A stretch of DNA of 64,000 nt from NCBI GenBank assembly GCA_963843145.1, contig CAWJJC010000003.1, positions 96,001-160,000 of the forward strand, given 5' to 3'. Source of the DNA: an uncultured delta proteobacterium (GTDB lineage Bacteria > Desulfobacterota > RBG-13-43-22). Made by a program: the position numbers and the translations under genes. The notes below the pieces were generated by a model. That model made no database searches. It was not told the DNA's origin and worked only from the letters and a program-made list of their open reading frames with translations. Each line of letters begins with the position of its first letter. Position 1 is the stretch's first letter. Shown here one piece after another: positions 42,054 to 53,779 of the stretch.

Positions 42054-42674
42054 ATGGTGCAAGGAATACTAGGAAAAAAAATCGGGATGACCCGCCTGTT
42101 TGTCGAGGAAGGTAAGTCTGTGCCCGTTACGCTGATCGAGGTCGGACCCTGTCAGGTGGTTCGAGTCAAGCCGGAAACGGCCACCCAGCGGCTCGCCCTG
42201 CAGTTAGGGTACCAGTTAAGGAAAAAAAAGGCCGTCAACAAACCCCAGGCCGGATATTTTAAGAAGCAGGGGCTGGAACCCTACGTCCACTTGAAGGAAT
42301 TTTCAGCCGATCCCGAACCCCCTTATCAGATCGGGGATGAAATCAGGGTAGATATTTTTGCCATTGGAGAACAGGTTAAGGTTCAGGGGGTGTCCAAGGG
42401 GAAGGGATTTGCCGGGGTGGTCAAGCGCTGGGGGTTTGCCGGCGGGAAAGCCACCCACGGCTGTACCTCGCACGCGGTCCCCGGTTCCATCGGGTCGAGC
42501 GCCTATCCGTCCCGGGTGATCAAAGGGAAGAAAATGCCCGGTCATTTGGGCCATCGTCAAGTCACCGTAAAAAACCTGTCGGTGGTGGATATTCGACCGG
42601 AATTGAATTTGATTATCATCAAAGGGGCCATCCCCGGGGCTCGCAACTCCATGGTCGCCGTTTACAAACAGTAA
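42054..42674 (+). CDS. rplC: 50S ribosomal protein L3
   Basis: [22 protein letters not shown]. Confidence 0.96.
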   Translation: MVQGILGKKIGMTRLFVEEGKSVPVTLIEVGPCQVVRVKPETATQRLALQLGYQLRKKKAVNKPQAGYFKKQGLEPYVHLKEFSADPEPPYQIGDEIRVDIFAIGEQVKVQGVSKGKGFAGVVKRWGFAGGKATHGCTSHAVPGSIGSSAYPSRVIKGKKMPGHLGHRQVTVKNLSVVDIRPELNLIIIKGAIPGARNSMVAVYKQ

Positions 42675-42740
42675 GCGAGCCTCTGCCGGGGTCGGAAAAG
42701 GCCAATCCGCGCGGGACCTAGGAAAGACAAGGAATTCGTT

Positions 42741-43364
42741 ATGCCAACGGTTAGTGTTTATAATATAAGCAAAGAAAAAGTGGGCGAGCTGACCCTCAAC
42801 GAAGCCATTTTCAATCGCCCGGTTGATACGCATCTGCTCCACCGGGTGGTGACCATGCAGTTGACCAACCGCCGCTCCGGCACATCGGCGACCAAAGGCC
42901 GGTCCGAAGTTAGAGGGGGCGGCAAAAAACCTTTTCGCCAGAAAGGCGGCGGTCGGGCCAGGGCCGGGGCGATTACTTCACCTCTGATGCGCAAAGGCGG
43001 GGTTGTTTTTGGCCCCCAACCCCGGGTGTACCAGGTGAGGGTGCCCAAAAAAATGAAAAAACTGGCCTTACGGATGGCCCTCTCCTCCAAGTGGCAGAGC
43101 GATCGGCTCCTGGTTCTGGAGGATTTCAACCTGGACGAAATCAAAACCAAGAAATTTTGCCAGCTTCTGGATCGCTTTGACTTAAAAAAGACCTTATTTA
43201 TTATGGATCAGGACCATCTGAATTTTGAAAAGTCCGCGCACAACCTGCCTTTCGTCAAGACGTTGCGGGTCGAAGGCCTCAACGTCTACGATATCCTGAA
43301 ATTCGAACATTTGGTGCTGAACCAGCCCAGCGTGTTGCGTCTTGAGGAGACCTTAAGCCAATGA
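42741..43364 (+). CDS. rplD: 50S ribosomal protein L4
   Basis: KPFRQKG.GRARAG, GGVVFGPQPR. Confidence 0.96.
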   Translation: MPTVSVYNISKEKVGELTLNEAIFNRPVDTHLLHRVVTMQLTNRRSGTSATKGRSEVRGGGKKPFRQKGGGRARAGAITSPLMRKGGVVFGPQPRVYQVRVPKKMKKLALRMALSSKWQSDRLLVLEDFNLDEIKTKKFCQLLDRFDLKKTLFIMDQDHLNFEKSAHNLPFVKTLRVEGLNVYDILKFEHLVLNQPSVLRLEETLSQ

Positions 43365-43642
43365 AAGATATCTATCAAGTCATCAAGCGCCCCTTGGTCA
43401 CTGAGAAAAACACCCGGCAGAAGGAAGCTTTCAACCAGCTTTCCTTTGAAGTGGATCGGCGGGCCAACCGGTCGGAGGTTAAGCAGGCCGTTGAAAAATT
43501 ATTTAAAGTCAAGGTGTTACGGGTCAATCTGATGCAGATGGAAGGCAAGAAGAAAAAAGTTGGACGCTTCCTCGGTCAGAAGGCCGATTGGAAGAAAGCC
43601 CTGGTCCGCCTGGCGCCCGGGGAAATGATTGAGAACTTATAG
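43361..43642 (+). CDS. rplW: 50S ribosomal protein L23
   Basis: P.VTEK, WKKA.V.L. Confidence 0.95.
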   Translation: MKDIYQVIKRPLVTEKNTRQKEAFNQLSFEVDRRANRSEVKQAVEKLFKVKVLRVNLMQMEGKKKKVGRFLGQKADWKKALVRLAPGEMIENL

Positions 43643-43685
43643 GCTGGGATCGTTTCCGATCCGTTAAGCATCAGGAGAAAAACCT

Positions 43686-44510
43686 ATGGCCATCAAAACC
43701 TGTACCCCGACCTCCGCCGGCCGTCGGTGGCAAACCTTCGATACCTTTGAAGGAATAAGCTCCGAACGACCGGTTCGCGGATTGGTGGAGCCGCTACACA
43801 AAACCGGCGGTCGAAACGCCTACGGGCGGATAACCAGCCGGCATCGCGGTGGGGGACATAAACGTCTTTATCGCCTGATCGATTTTAAGCGGGATAAATT
43901 GGAGATCCCCGCCCGGGTGGCCCGGATTGAATATGATCCCAACCGGACTACCCGTATTGCCCTGTTGACTTATGCCGACGGGGAAAAAAGGTACATCCTG
44001 GCCCCAACAAAACTTAAGGTCGGTGACTTGGTCGTCAGCAGTCCCCACGCGGACATCAAACCGGGAAACACCTTGCCCCTGGCCAATATTCCTTTGGGAA
44101 CGCATGTGCACAACCTCGAACTCCAGCCCGGCAAGGGGGGACAATTGGTGCGCAGCGCCGGTACGTACGCTCAGTTGATGGCCAAGGAAGGAAAATATGC
44201 CCAGATCAAAATGCCTTCCGGGGAAGTGCGCAAGGTCCTTTTGACTTGTAAGGCCACTATCGGACAGAACGGCAATTTGGAACAGGAAAATATCACCATC
44301 GGCAAAGCCGGCCGGAGCCGCTGGTTGGGAAAACGTCCCCAATCTCGAGGGGTGGCCATGAATCCGGTGGATCACCCGCACGGCGGCGGGGAAGGAAAGA
44401 GTTCGGGCGGCCGCCATCCGGTGACTCCCTGGGGGGTCCCGACCAAGGGCTATCGGACTCGAAAAAACAAGGCCAGTGATCGGTTGATTGTTAAACGCCG
44501 GAAATCTTAA
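43686..44510 (+). CDS. rplB: 50S ribosomal protein L2
   Basis: [19 protein letters not shown]. Confidence 0.97.
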   Translation: MAIKTCTPTSAGRRWQTFDTFEGISSERPVRGLVEPLHKTGGRNAYGRITSRHRGGGHKRLYRLIDFKRDKLEIPARVARIEYDPNRTTRIALLTYADGEKRYILAPTKLKVGDLVVSSPHADIKPGNTLPLANIPLGTHVHNLELQPGKGGQLVRSAGTYAQLMAKEGKYAQIKMPSGEVRKVLLTCKATIGQNGNLEQENITIGKAGRSRWLGKRPQSRGVAMNPVDHPHGGGEGKSSGGRHPVTPWGVPTKGYRTRKNKASDRLIVKRRKS

Positions 44511-44532
44511 AGGAGAAGGATAGGGGGAAGAC

Positions 44533-44823
44533 GTGGCGCGCTCAATAAAAAAAGGACCCTTTGTCGATGATCATCTCGTTCGAAAAGTACAAGAGGCCCA
44601 GGATAACAAAAGCCGAAAAGTCATAAAAACGTGGTCTCGCCGGTCAACGATCCTTCCGGAATTTGTCGGCGCCACCTTTGCCGTCCATAACGGCAAGAAA
44701 TTCATTCCGGTTTTCGTCAGCGAGAACATGGTCGGCCACAAATTGGGAGAATTTTCCCCCACCCGTATTTTTTATGCCCATGCGGGGAGTAAAAAAACGG
44801 CGGTGAAGGGGAAAGGGAAATAA
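44533..44823 (+). CDS. rpsS: 30S ribosomal protein S19
   Basis: [18 protein letters not shown]. Confidence 0.97.
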   Translation: MARSIKKGPFVDDHLVRKVQEAQDNKSRKVIKTWSRRSTILPEFVGATFAVHNGKKFIPVFVSENMVGHKLGEFSPTRIFYAHAGSKKTAVKGKGK

Positions 44824-44838
44824 AAAAGGGAACAACGC

Positions 44839-45168
44839 ATGGAGACGAAAGCACAAGCCAAATATATCCGGATTGCTTCCCGAAAGGTCCAGGTCATCAT
44901 CCCGGCCATTAAAGGGAAAAAAGTGGAAGAAGCCATCGCCTTGCTGGGATTTATTCCCCGGAAAGGCGCTCGGATACTGAACCGGGTGCTGCACTCCGCG
45001 GTAGCCAATGCCGGCCAGAACAAGGTGGATATTGATACCTTGGTAGTCAAAAAAATATTGGTGGACCAGGGCCCCACGTTGAAACGATTTATGCCCCGGG
45101 CCATGGGCCGGGCCACACCCATTTTGAAACGAACCAGCCACATTACGGTCATTTTAGACGAAAATTAA
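44839..45168 (+). CDS. rplV: 50S ribosomal protein L22
   Basis: SAVANA, PRAMGRA, TSHITV. Confidence 0.96.
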   Translation: METKAQAKYIRIASRKVQVIIPAIKGKKVEEAIALLGFIPRKGARILNRVLHSAVANAGQNKVDIDTLVVKKILVDQGPTLKRFMPRAMGRATPILKRTSHITVILDEN

Positions 45169-45183
45169 GCCAAGGAGGATAGC

Positions 45184-45831
45184 TTGGGACAAAAAGTACA
45201 TCCGGTCGGGTTTCGCTTAGGGTATAACAAGGCCTGGAATTCCAGGTGGTTTGCCGATAAAGACTTTTCAAAATTCCTTCGGGAAGATAAGACCATCAGG
45301 GAATTTCTGAAGAAGCGACTCTATGAGGCCGGTATTGCCCGCCTCGATATTGAAAGGGCCGCCAATAAGGTCAAGATCATTATCTTTACCGCGCGGCCCG
45401 GGATTGTCATCGGAAAAAAAGGGGCCCAGATTGAAAGTTTAAAAAAGGAACTGGAAGGCATCATTCAGCGCGAAGTGATTATTGATATCCAGGAAGTTCG
45501 AAAACCGGAGATCGAGGCGCAGTTGGTGGCTGAAAACGTAGCCCAGCAATTGGAAAGAAGGGTAGCTTTCCGGCGGGCCATGAAAAAAGCGGTAAATTCC
45601 GCGCTGAAGTTCGGCGCCAAAGGCATAAAGATTTCCTGTGCCGGTCGGTTGGGGGGGGCGGAAATGGCCCGCTCCGAATGGTACCGGGAGGGACGGGTTC
45701 CGTTGCACACCTTGCGGGCCGACATCGATTACGGATTCGCCGAAGCGGCCACCACCTACGGACTCATTGGAGTAAAAGTGATTATGTTCAAAGGGGAAAG
45801 CCTGCCTGAGAAAAAAGGTCGGAACCTATAA
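45184..45831 (+). CDS. rpsC: 30S ribosomal protein S3
   Basis: [26 protein letters not shown]. Confidence 0.97.
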   Translation: MGQKVHPVGFRLGYNKAWNSRWFADKDFSKFLREDKTIREFLKKRLYEAGIARLDIERAANKVKIIIFTARPGIVIGKKGAQIESLKKELEGIIQREVIIDIQEVRKPEIEAQLVAENVAQQLERRVAFRRAMKKAVNSALKFGAKGIKISCAGRLGGAEMARSEWYREGRVPLHTLRADIDYGFAEAATTYGLIGVKVIMFKGESLPEKKGRNL

Positions 45832-45846
45832 AAGGAATTAGAGACC

Positions 45847-46260
45847 ATGCTTAGTCCAAAAAAAGTCAAATACCGCAAACAATTCAAGGGACGGATGCGG
45901 GGGGCCGCCTATCGAGGATCGGACCTCTCCTTCGGAGATTTCGGGTTACAGGCGCTGGAATGCGGCCGAATCACGGCTCAGCAGATTGAGGCCGCTCGAA
46001 TTGCCATGACCCGCTCCATCAAAAGGGGGGGGAAAATCTGGATTCGGGTTTTTCCGGATAAACCCGTGACCAAGAAGCCGGCCGAAACCCGGATGGGAAA
46101 AGGAAAAGGAGCCCCGGAGGGCTGGGTGGCGGTAATCCGCCCCGGGCGGATTATTTACGAGATGGAAGGGGTTTCCAAGGAAACAGCGGATGAGGCCCTC
46201 CGTTTAGCCGCTCACAAACTTCCGATCAAGACCAAGATCATATTCAGGAGTGCAGTGTGA
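45847..46260 (+). CDS. rplP: 50S ribosomal protein L16
   Basis: [12 protein letters not shown]. Confidence 0.97.
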   Translation: MLSPKKVKYRKQFKGRMRGAAYRGSDLSFGDFGLQALECGRITAQQIEAARIAMTRSIKRGGKIWIRVFPDKPVTKKPAETRMGKGKGAPEGWVAVIRPGRIIYEMEGVSKETADEALRLAAHKLPIKTKIIFRSAV

Positions 46261-46460
46261 AACCAACCGAATTGCGGGATCTACCCTTGGAGGAATTGCG
46301 GTCCAAAGAAAAGGAAACCCAGGAGTCCCTGTTTAACCTTCGATTCCAGCAGGCCACGGGTTTATTGGAGAACAGCATGCGGCTTTCAACCACTAAAAGA
46401 GATTTGGCCCGGATTAAAACAATCCTCCGGGAAAAAATCGCAGCCCAACAAAATCGTTAA
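46257..46460 (+). CDS. rpmC: 50S ribosomal protein L29
   Basis: [16 protein letters not shown]. Confidence 0.95.
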   Translation: MKPTELRDLPLEELRSKEKETQESLFNLRFQQATGLLENSMRLSTTKRDLARIKTILREKIAAQQNR

Positions 46461-46471
46461 GAGGCGACAAG

Positions 46472-46729
46472 ATGAAGACCAGGGGCATTCGCAGGGATTT
46501 AACCGGTACGGTGGTTTCCAACAAGATGGAAAAAACGGTAGTGGTGGCCGTGGAACGATTGGTCCGCCATCCGGTGTATCAGAAATACATTCACCGCAAG
46601 ACCAAATATTTGGCCCACGATGAAAGCAACCAGTGCCGGATCGGGGATCGAGTGCTGATCAAGGAGACTCGGCCCTTGAGCCGTCTGAAACGGTTCGCGG
46701 TAAATAAGATTTTAGAAAAAACGAGCTAA
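46472..46729 (+). CDS. rpsQ: 30S ribosomal protein S17
   Basis: [18 protein letters not shown]. Confidence 0.96.
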   Translation: MKTRGIRRDLTGTVVSNKMEKTVVVAVERLVRHPVYQKYIHRKTKYLAHDESNQCRIGDRVLIKETRPLSRLKRFAVNKILEKTS

Positions 46730-46744
46730 AATTAGGGTGGGCTT

Positions 46745-47113
46745 ATGATTCAGACACAAACACAATTGGAAGTAGCCGACAATTCAGGGGCTAAAAGACT
46801 ATTTTGTATCCGAGTCTTGGGCGGTACGCGACGGCGCTATGCCCGGGTGGGGGATATTATCGTGGTTTCGGTTAAAGAAGCCATCCCCAACGCCAAGGTC
46901 AAGAAGGGGGATGTGGTCAAAGCCGTGGTGGTTCGGACCAAGAAGGAGATCTCCCGGTCCGATGGGTCCTATATTAAATTCGATGACAACTCGGCCGTCT
47001 TAATCAATCAGCAACGGGAACCGATCGGCACCCGGATTTTTGGTCCGGTCGCCCGGGAATTGCGGGGGAAGAATTTTATGAAGATCATCTCCCTGGCCCC
47101 GGAAGTCCTCTAG
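46745..47113 (+). CDS. rplN: 50S ribosomal protein L14
   Basis: [22 protein letters not shown]. Confidence 0.97.
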   Translation: MIQTQTQLEVADNSGAKRLFCIRVLGGTRRRYARVGDIIVVSVKEAIPNAKVKKGDVVKAVVVRTKKEISRSDGSYIKFDDNSAVLINQQREPIGTRIFGPVARELRGKNFMKIISLAPEVL

Positions 47114-47133
47114 GGCGGGAAAGGAAAGCGTTC

Positions 47134-47466
47134 ATGAACGGGCAAAAGATAGGGTTCAAGAAAAACGACAAAGTGATGGTCATGGCCGGAAAAGAAAAAG
47201 GGAAAGTGGGAAAAATTTTAATAGTCTATCCGGAAAAAGACCGGGCCGTAGTCGAAAAATTGAACTATATCAAAAAACATACCCGTCCGGGAGGGAAAAC
47301 CAGCAAGGGGGGAATCATCGAGAAGGAAGCTCCGATTCATGTCTCCAACCTGATGCTGATCTGCGCCAAGTGCACCGATCCGGTCCGTGTGGGTCGCCGG
47401 CGGTTGGATGACGGCAAAACCGTCCGGGTCTGTAAAAAATGCGGGGAGATCTTGGAGAATAAATAG
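47134..47466 (+). CDS. rplX: 50S ribosomal protein L24
   Basis: KOW motif GKEKGKVG, EAPIHVSN. Confidence 0.96.
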   Translation: MNGQKIGFKKNDKVMVMAGKEKGKVGKILIVYPEKDRAVVEKLNYIKKHTRPGGKTSKGGIIEKEAPIHVSNLMLICAKCTDPVRVGRRRLDDGKTVRVCKKCGEILENK

Positions 47467-47484
47467 CCAAAAGGAAGCAGCCTC

Positions 47485-48024
47485 ATGTCCAGATTACGGA
47501 AAATATATCAAGAAGAAGTTCGGCCGGCGCTGCAGCAGCAGTTTAGTTATAAAAATATTATGCAGGTTCCCCGACTGGAAAAAGTGATTTTGAATATGGG
47601 CCTGGGAGAAGCGATCCAAAATATTAAAATTCTGGATACCGCCTCGGAAGAGATGACCTTGATCGCCGGTCAGAAACCGGTAATCACCCGGGCCAAAAAA
47701 TCAATCGCTTCCTTCAAACTGCGGGAAAACATGCCCATCGGTTGCCGGGTCACCTTGCGCCAGGAGCGGATGTATGACTTTCTGGATAAACTGATGCATA
47801 TTACCCTGCCTCGGGTTCGCGATTTTCGCGGCGTTTCCGCCAAATCCTTTGATGGGAGAGGAAATTACACCCTGGGGATCAAGGAACATATCATCTTTCC
47901 GGAAATAAACTACGATAAAATTGATAAGATTAAAGGACTGAATATAACCCTGGTAACCACCGCTCGGACCGACGAAGAAGGGCGCACCCTCCTCCGGTTG
48001 TTGGGAATGCCCTTCCGAAATTAG
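47485..48024 (+). CDS. rplE: 50S ribosomal protein L5
   Basis: [20 protein letters not shown]. Confidence 0.97.
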   Translation: MSRLRKIYQEEVRPALQQQFSYKNIMQVPRLEKVILNMGLGEAIQNIKILDTASEEMTLIAGQKPVITRAKKSIASFKLRENMPIGCRVTLRQERMYDFLDKLMHITLPRVRDFRGVSAKSFDGRGNYTLGIKEHIIFPEINYDKIDKIKGLNITLVTTARTDEEGRTLLRLLGMPFRN

Positions 48025-48088
48025 CATTTGAGGATTTATTTTCCGTTTGGGGATCCCACGCTTCCGGCGGGATAAGGAGGAAGATTCA

Positions 48089-48274
48089 TTGGCGAAAAAA
48101 TCTATGTTGTTAAAGTCGCAGCGGACACCGAAGTTTAAGGTGCGTGGCTATAACCGCTGCCCTTTTTGCGGCCGGCCACGGGCTTTTATCCGTAAGTTCG
48201 GAATTTGCCGAATCTGTTTCCGGACCATGGCCCTTCAGGGAAATATTCCCGGGGTTATCAAGTCCAGTTGGTAG
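48089..48274 (+). CDS. rpsN: 30S ribosomal protein S14 type Z
   Basis: 61 aa, RCPFCGR..CRIC; TTG start after AAGGAGG. Confidence 0.95.
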   Translation: MAKKSMLLKSQRTPKFKVRGYNRCPFCGRPRAFIRKFGICRICFRTMALQGNIPGVIKSSW

Positions 48275-48310
48275 TCCGGGTTTAATCGAGGAACAAAAGG
48301 AGATGCACAA

Positions 48311-48709
48311 ATGGGTATGACCGATCCGGTGGCCGATATGCTGACACGCGTCCGGAATGCCAGTGGCGCCAAATTTGCCAAAGTGGACATCCCGTCGTCG
48401 AAGCTGAAAGTCCAGATTGCCCGGATTTTTAAGGACGAGGGCTACATCAAGAATTTTAAAGTCATTAAAGACAATCGCCAGGGAATCCTGCGGATCTATT
48501 TACGGTATGATGAGAAAAACCGAGGTGTTATTCAACGGTTGGTTCGGGTCAGTCGGCCGAGCCGACGGGTCTATGCCGGGAACGATGCCATTCCCAAGAT
48601 CTTAAACGGGCTGGGGATTTCCGTTCTCTCCACCTCCAAAGGGATCCTCACCGATCGAGAAGCCCGCAAACAAGGCGTAGGCGGCGAAATAATGTGTTCC
48701 CTTTGGTAA
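48311..48709 (+). CDS. rpsH: 30S ribosomal protein S8
   Basis: DPVADMLTRVRN, STSKG. Confidence 0.97.
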   Translation: MGMTDPVADMLTRVRNASGAKFAKVDIPSSKLKVQIARIFKDEGYIKNFKVIKDNRQGILRIYLRYDEKNRGVIQRLVRVSRPSRRVYAGNDAIPKILNGLGISVLSTSKGILTDREARKQGVGGEIMCSLW

Positions 48710-48739
48710 TCTGGAAAGAAGGTAGAGGAGGAAGTTTAT

Positions 48740-49279
48740 ATGTCCCGGGTTGGTAAAAAGCCCATTCCTGTTCCAAGTCAAGTGACGATCACCATCCAGG
48801 ATGGGGAGGTGAGGGTCCAGGGGCCCAAGGGCTCCCTGAATCGTTCGATTCCACCGGAGTTGGAAGTATCGATTCAGGGGGATCAACTGATAGTTAAAAC
48901 CTTGGCTGAATCGAAAAAAATCCAAGCCCAATTCGGGTTGATCCGATCCCTGCTGGCCAACATGGTCAAAGGGGTGTCCGAAGGCTTCGAAAGGATTCTG
49001 GACATTCAGGGTGTCGGCTATCGGGCTGAACTGCAAGGCGAGCAACTGGTGATGAATTTGGGCTACTCCCATCCGGTGATCTATCCGCTGCCGTTAGGGG
49101 TATCGGCCCAAGTTGAAAAACAGAATCGAATTATCATCCGGGGAATTGACCGTGATCTCCTGGGACTGACTGCGGCTCATATCCGCAAGTTCAGACCACC
49201 GGAACCCTATAAGGGTAAAGGGATTCGCTATGCCGAAGAAACCGTCCGCCGTAAGGTGGGGAAAACCGGCTCCAAGTAA
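48740..49279 (+). CDS. rplF: 50S ribosomal protein L6
   Basis: MSRVGKKP, PEPYKGKGIRY. Confidence 0.97.
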   Translation: MSRVGKKPIPVPSQVTITIQDGEVRVQGPKGSLNRSIPPELEVSIQGDQLIVKTLAESKKIQAQFGLIRSLLANMVKGVSEGFERILDIQGVGYRAELQGEQLVMNLGYSHPVIYPLPLGVSAQVEKQNRIIIRGIDRDLLGLTAAHIRKFRPPEPYKGKGIRYAEETVRRKVGKTGSK

Positions 49280-49293
49280 GGGAACCATTGCTT

Positions 49294-49659
49294 ATGGAAA
49301 CGTCTGAAAAGAAAAAATTGGCTCATTTGAAGCGTAAAAAAAGGGTGCGGAAGAAAATCCGAGGAATCGAGGACCGTCCGCGGCTATCGGTCTTTCGAAG
49401 CGCCCGCCATATTTATCTCCAGATCATTGTGGATACATCCGGCCGCACCTTGTTGCAGGTATCCAGTTTAAGTCCGGAGCTCAAAGGGGTGCCGGCCGGA
49501 AAGAAGACGGATATGGCCAAGAAGGTGGGAGCCCTGCTGGCCCAAAAGGCCGCCGCCCAGGGGATTAAGAAGGTAGTCTTTGATCGGAATGGTTTTCTCT
49601 ATCACGGACGGGTAAAGGCCGTTTCCGAGGCCGCTCGAGAGGCCGGATTAGAATTTTAG
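49294..49659 (+). CDS. rplR: 50S ribosomal protein L18
   Basis: [20 protein letters not shown]. Confidence 0.95.
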   Translation: METSEKKKLAHLKRKKRVRKKIRGIEDRPRLSVFRSARHIYLQIIVDTSGRTLLQVSSLSPELKGVPAGKKTDMAKKVGALLAQKAAAQGIKKVVFDRNGFLYHGRVKAVSEAAREAGLEF

Positions 49660-49672
49660 GGGGGAGGGACGA

Positions 49673-50170
49673 TTGTCAGACTTCAATACGACCGAAAAAT
49701 TATTGATTAATAAGGTGGTGCATATCAATCGGGTCGCCAAAGTGGTCAAAGGCGGACGCCGCTTCAGTTTTAGTGCCCTAGCCGTGGTCGGGGACGGCAA
49801 CGGGAAAGTGGGCAGCGGCTTGGGAAAGGCCAATGAAGTGCCGGAGGCCATCCGCAAGGCCATGGAAAAGGCCAAAAGGGATATGAAGGATTTTCCTTTG
49901 GTGGACCAGACCATCCCCCATGAAGTCATCGGGCGTTTCGGCGCCGGCCGGGTATTACTGAAACCGGCTTCCAAGGGGACAGGGATTATTGCCGGGGGAG
50001 CGGTCCGGGCGGTTATGGAGGCTGGGGGGGTTCAAAACATCCTGACTAAGTGTCTAGGATCACACAACCCCCATAATGTCATCAAGGCCGCCTTGGAAGG
50101 CCTGAAAAATCTTTACAGCCCGGAGATGATCGCTCAGAAACGGGGCAAATCCGTAGCGGAAATCAGGTAA
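49673..50170 (+). CDS. rpsE: 30S ribosomal protein S5
   Basis: [14 protein letters not shown]. Confidence 0.97.
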   Translation: MSDFNTTEKLLINKVVHINRVAKVVKGGRRFSFSALAVVGDGNGKVGSGLGKANEVPEAIRKAMEKAKRDMKDFPLVDQTIPHEVIGRFGAGRVLLKPASKGTGIIAGGAVRAVMEAGGVQNILTKCLGSHNPHNVIKAALEGLKNLYSPEMIAQKRGKSVAEIR

Positions 50171-50175
50171 GGATC

Positions 50176-50394
50176 ATGGAAGATAAATTAATTCAAATTA
50201 TTTTACGCAAAAGCGGGAGCGGTCGACCCCCTAAACACCGGCGGACCTTGATGAGTTTGGGTTTGCGAAAAATAAACCAGGTCATTCTTCGCCGGGACAC
50301 TCCGGAAATCCGGGGGATGGTCCGCCAAGTTTCCCACCTGGTGGAAGTGAAGGAGGACGGACTGGCCTTAAGTCCGTCCACAGGCCGCGGGTGA
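50176..50394 (+). CDS. rpmD: 50S ribosomal protein L30
   Basis: LGLRKIN, IRGMV..V.HLV; short extra C-terminal tail. Confidence 0.92.
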   Translation: MEDKLIQIILRKSGSGRPPKHRRTLMSLGLRKINQVILRRDTPEIRGMVRQVSHLVEVKEDGLALSPSTGRG

Positions 50395-50542
50395 TTTAAC
50401 CCCGGCCTGGGGTGAGGGTGGTACCATTTGAATTCACTTCAAATGGCGGGAGAGGGGGGAGCCCTCGCCCGCCGAGAAAAAAGGCGAGGTTAGCCTTTTT
50501 TCGAGGTCATCAAGGACATCAAGGAACGGAAACGGAGAAAGC

Positions 50543-51010
50543 ATGGAATCGGGACAGCAAAGCAAGGTGATCGGATTAGACCAGTTATCCCCGGCCCCGG
50601 GTTCGAAAAAGAAACCCAAACGGGTCGGTCGGGGGCCCGGATCGGGGCATGGACAAACGGCTACTCGGGGGATGAAGGGCCAAAAATCGCGGTCAGGAGC
50701 CCATATCCGACCGAGCTTTGAAGGGGGGCAGATGCCCCTGCAGCGACGTCTCCCCAAACGGGGCTTTAAGCCCTTGCAGAAAATGGATTATTGCCTGGTC
50801 AATATTCGGGATTTAAAACCCTTTGCCGGGGGGGCCACGGTCGATATCCCTATCCTCTTGAAGGAGGGGGTCATCCGGCGTCTGAAAGACGGCGTGAAAT
50901 TGCTCGGTCATGGGGATATTCAATCCCCCCTGTTTATCAAAGTGACCAAATGCAGTCAGGGGGCCCGTCAAAAAATTGAGGCCGCCGGAGGCACGGTAGA
51001 GGAGATCTAA
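50543..51010 (+). CDS. rplO: 50S ribosomal protein L15
   Basis: [25 protein letters not shown]. Confidence 0.96.
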   Translation: MESGQQSKVIGLDQLSPAPGSKKKPKRVGRGPGSGHGQTATRGMKGQKSRSGAHIRPSFEGGQMPLQRRLPKRGFKPLQKMDYCLVNIRDLKPFAGGATVDIPILLKEGVIRRLKDGVKLLGHGDIQSPLFIKVTKCSQGARQKIEAAGGTVEEI

Positions 51011-52321
51011 GTGCTCAGCGGTTTTCAGAATATCACCAAGATCCCGGAACTGAAAAAGAAGATTTGGTTTACTTTGGCCATGCTGGCCGTTTACCGGGTC
51101 GGGGTGCATATCCCCTCGCCCGGGATCGACACGGTAGCCTTGGCGGCTTTTTTCAAGCGGGCGCAGGGCACCCTCTTCGGCCTGTTTGATATGTTCTCCG
51201 GCGGGGCCCTGGAGCATATGTCCGTCTTCGCCTTGGGCATAATGCCTTACATCAGCGCCTCCATTATTCTGGATTTGCTGACGGTGGTCATTCCCTACCT
51301 GGAGAAACTCAAGAAGGAAGGGGAAGCCGGCCGAAAGAAGATCACCCAGTACGCCCGCTATGGGACCGTGGTCTTATCGATCTTTCAGGGCTTGGGCATT
51401 GCCGTCGGCATGGAAAGCATGGGCAGTCCCGGCGGGGGCAGCGTGGTGATCGACCCGGGCTGGGCCTTTCGTTTGATGACCATGATCACCTTGACCTCGG
51501 GAACGGCTTTTATTATGTGGCTGGGTGAGCAGATCACCGAGCGGGGGATCGGCAACGGCATCTCCTTGATCATTTTTGCCGGCATTGTGGCCCGTATGCC
51601 CACGGCGCTGGCCAACACCGGACAATTGGTGCGAACCGGGGAATTGAATTTTATCTTTATCGTTCTGCTGATCCTGCTGATGGTCAGCGTGGTGGGGTTT
51701 ATTGTTTTTGTAGAGCGCGGCCAGCGAAGGATTCCGGTACAGTATGCCAAGCGGGTAGTGGGCCGGCGGGTCTATGGAGGGCAAAGCACCCATTTGCCCT
51801 TAAAAATAAATACCTCGGGCGTCATTCCCCCGATCTTTGCCTCCTCGATTCTCATGTTTCCGGCCACCATCACCCAGTTCATTCAGATTCAATGGTTGAG
51901 CGGTTTCGTCCGGAATTATATGGGAGTGGGCGGTTTGCTGTACTCCCTTGTTTATGTGGGGCTCATTTTTTTCTTTTGCTATTTTTACACGGCCGTTACC
52001 TTCAACCCCGTGGATGTGGCCGATAATATGAAGAAGTACGGCGGGTATATCCCCGGGATTCGCCCGGGGAAATGGACGGCCGATTATATCGATCACGTGC
52101 TGACCCGCATCACTTTCGGCGGGGCCCTTTACGTTTCGATCGTCTGTGTGCTGCCCACGGTGTTGATTTATCGTTTTAAAGTCCCCTTTTATTTTGGCGG
52201 CACCGCCTTACTAATCGTCATCGGGGTAGCCATCGATACCATGGCTCAGATCGAATCGCATATGTTGACCCGCCACTACGAAGGTTTCATGAAAAAAGGG
52301 ATGGGTCGCGTTAAACGGTAA
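51011..52321 (+). CDS. secY: Preprotein translocase SecY
   Basis: [27 protein letters not shown]. Confidence 0.97.
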   Translation: MLSGFQNITKIPELKKKIWFTLAMLAVYRVGVHIPSPGIDTVALAAFFKRAQGTLFGLFDMFSGGALEHMSVFALGIMPYISASIILDLLTVVIPYLEKLKKEGEAGRKKITQYARYGTVVLSIFQGLGIAVGMESMGSPGGGSVVIDPGWAFRLMTMITLTSGTAFIMWLGEQITERGIGNGISLIIFAGIVARMPTALANTGQLVRTGELNFIFIVLLILLMVSVVGFIVFVERGQRRIPVQYAKRVVGRRVYGGQSTHLPLKINTSGVIPPIFASSILMFPATITQFIQIQWLSGFVRNYMGVGGLLYSLVYVGLIFFFCYFYTAVTFNPVDVADNMKKYGGYIPGIRPGKWTADYIDHVLTRITFGGALYVSIVCVLPTVLIYRFKVPFYFGGTALLIVIGVAIDTMAQIESHMLTRHYEGFMKKGMGRVKR

Positions 52322-52352
52322 TTTCTATCCACTAAGGGAGGAAGATCAGCGT

Positions 52353-52994
52353 ATGAATATGATACTTTTAGGACCGCCGGGCGCCGGTAAGGGGACCCAG
52401 GCCAAAATGTTGATTGAGAAGTATAAGATTCCTCAAATCTCCACCGGGGACATCCTCCGGGCGAATTTAAAGGAACGGACACCTCTGGGATTGAAGGCCA
52501 AAGAATATATGGACAAGGGGCTCTTGGTTCCCGATGAAGTCGTTATTGAGATAACCCGGGAGCGGCTCAAACAACCGGATTGCCAGAAGGGCTACATCTT
52601 GGACGGCTTCCCCCGAACCGTGGCCCAGGCGCAAGCCCTGGATAAGGTGCTGGCGGAAATGAATTCCCAGATCGACCATGTGATTTCCGTGGAGGTGGAT
52701 CAGAACGAATTGCTTAAAAGGCTGACCGGACGCCGGACCTGTCGGCAATGCGGCGCGATGTATCATGTCATTTTTAATCCTTCGCTGAATAAAGATCTCT
52801 GTGACAAATGCCAGGGCGAACTCTATCTGCGGGACGACGACAATGAGGATACGGTGCGCAATCGTCTGGAAGTCTATGCTTCCCAAACTTTTCCGCTGAT
52901 CCAGTATTATCAGCAAAAGGGATTGGTTCGCAAGATTGAGGGGATCGGCAGCATTCAGCAGATTTTTGAGCGGATCGTCCAGACCTTGTCCTAG
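52353..52994 (+). CDS. adk: Adenylate kinase (Zn-lid type)
   Basis: GPPGAGKGT, LDGFPR, CxxC..CxxC lid. Confidence 0.97.
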   Translation: MNMILLGPPGAGKGTQAKMLIEKYKIPQISTGDILRANLKERTPLGLKAKEYMDKGLLVPDEVVIEITRERLKQPDCQKGYILDGFPRTVAQAQALDKVLAEMNSQIDHVISVEVDQNELLKRLTGRRTCRQCGAMYHVIFNPSLNKDLCDKCQGELYLRDDDNEDTVRNRLEVYASQTFPLIQYYQQKGLVRKIEGIGSIQQIFERIVQTLS

Positions 52995-52997
52995 AGG

Positions 52998-53771
52998 ATG
53001 GGGATGATTGTCATCAGATCTCCCTGGGAACTGGAACGATTGTCCGTGGCCGGGAGAGTGGTGGCCGAAATACTACAGGCCGTGAAAGAACGATTGGTGC
53101 CGGGGGTGACTACCCAAGAATTGGACGAGCTGGCGCACCGGCACTGTCTGAAAAAAAAGGTGACCCCGGCTTTTAAAGGGTATCACGGGTATCCTTATAG
53201 TTTATGTGTGTCCGTAAACGAAGAGGTCGTTCATGGCTTTCCTTCGGGCCGTAAATTGGCGGCCGGGGATATTGTCAGCATCGATTTTGGAGTGTGTTCC
53301 GAAGGCTATTACGGGGATGCGGCCTTGACCGAGGCCATCGGGGCGGTACCCCCGCTGACTGAGAATCTCATTCGGGTCACTCGGGAGTCCCTGTTTCTGG
53401 GCCTGGAACAGGTTAAGGCCGGAAATCGTTTAGGCGATGTCTCGGCGGCCATTCAGACGCATGTGGAAAACCAGGGGTTTTCCGTGGTCCGTCATTTTGT
53501 AGGCCACGGGATCGGGAAGGCCCTTCACGAAGATCCTCAAATTCCGAATTTCGGCGTCGCGGGTCGAGGCCCGGTTTTAAAGCCGGGGATGGTCCTGGCC
53601 ATTGAACCCATGGTCAACGCCGGCGGGTCTGAGGTGGAGATCCTTTCCGACGGCTGGACTGCGGTGACCAAAGATCGCAGCTTGTCGGCTCATTTTGAGC
53701 ACACGGTGGCCGTAACCGAAAACGGCTGCCGGATCTTAAGTGAGTCCGGTTCCCAGAACCGACTTTTTTAA
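52998..53771 (+). CDS. map: Methionine aminopeptidase type I
   Basis: [27 protein letters not shown]. Confidence 0.96.
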   Translation: MGMIVIRSPWELERLSVAGRVVAEILQAVKERLVPGVTTQELDELAHRHCLKKKVTPAFKGYHGYPYSLCVSVNEEVVHGFPSGRKLAAGDIVSIDFGVCSEGYYGDAALTEAIGAVPPLTENLIRVTRESLFLGLEQVKAGNRLGDVSAAIQTHVENQGFSVVRHFVGHGIGKALHEDPQIPNFGVAGRGPVLKPGMVLAIEPMVNAGGSEVEILSDGWTAVTKDRSLSAHFEHTVAVTENGCRILSESGSQNRLF

Positions 53772-53779
53772 AGGGATTT

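Noticed and set aside
42925-42975. L4 loop QKGGGRAR instead of QKGTGRAR as a macrolide-resistance allele
   Set aside because: Natural variation in this loop is common and nothing in the sequence indicates a phenotype.
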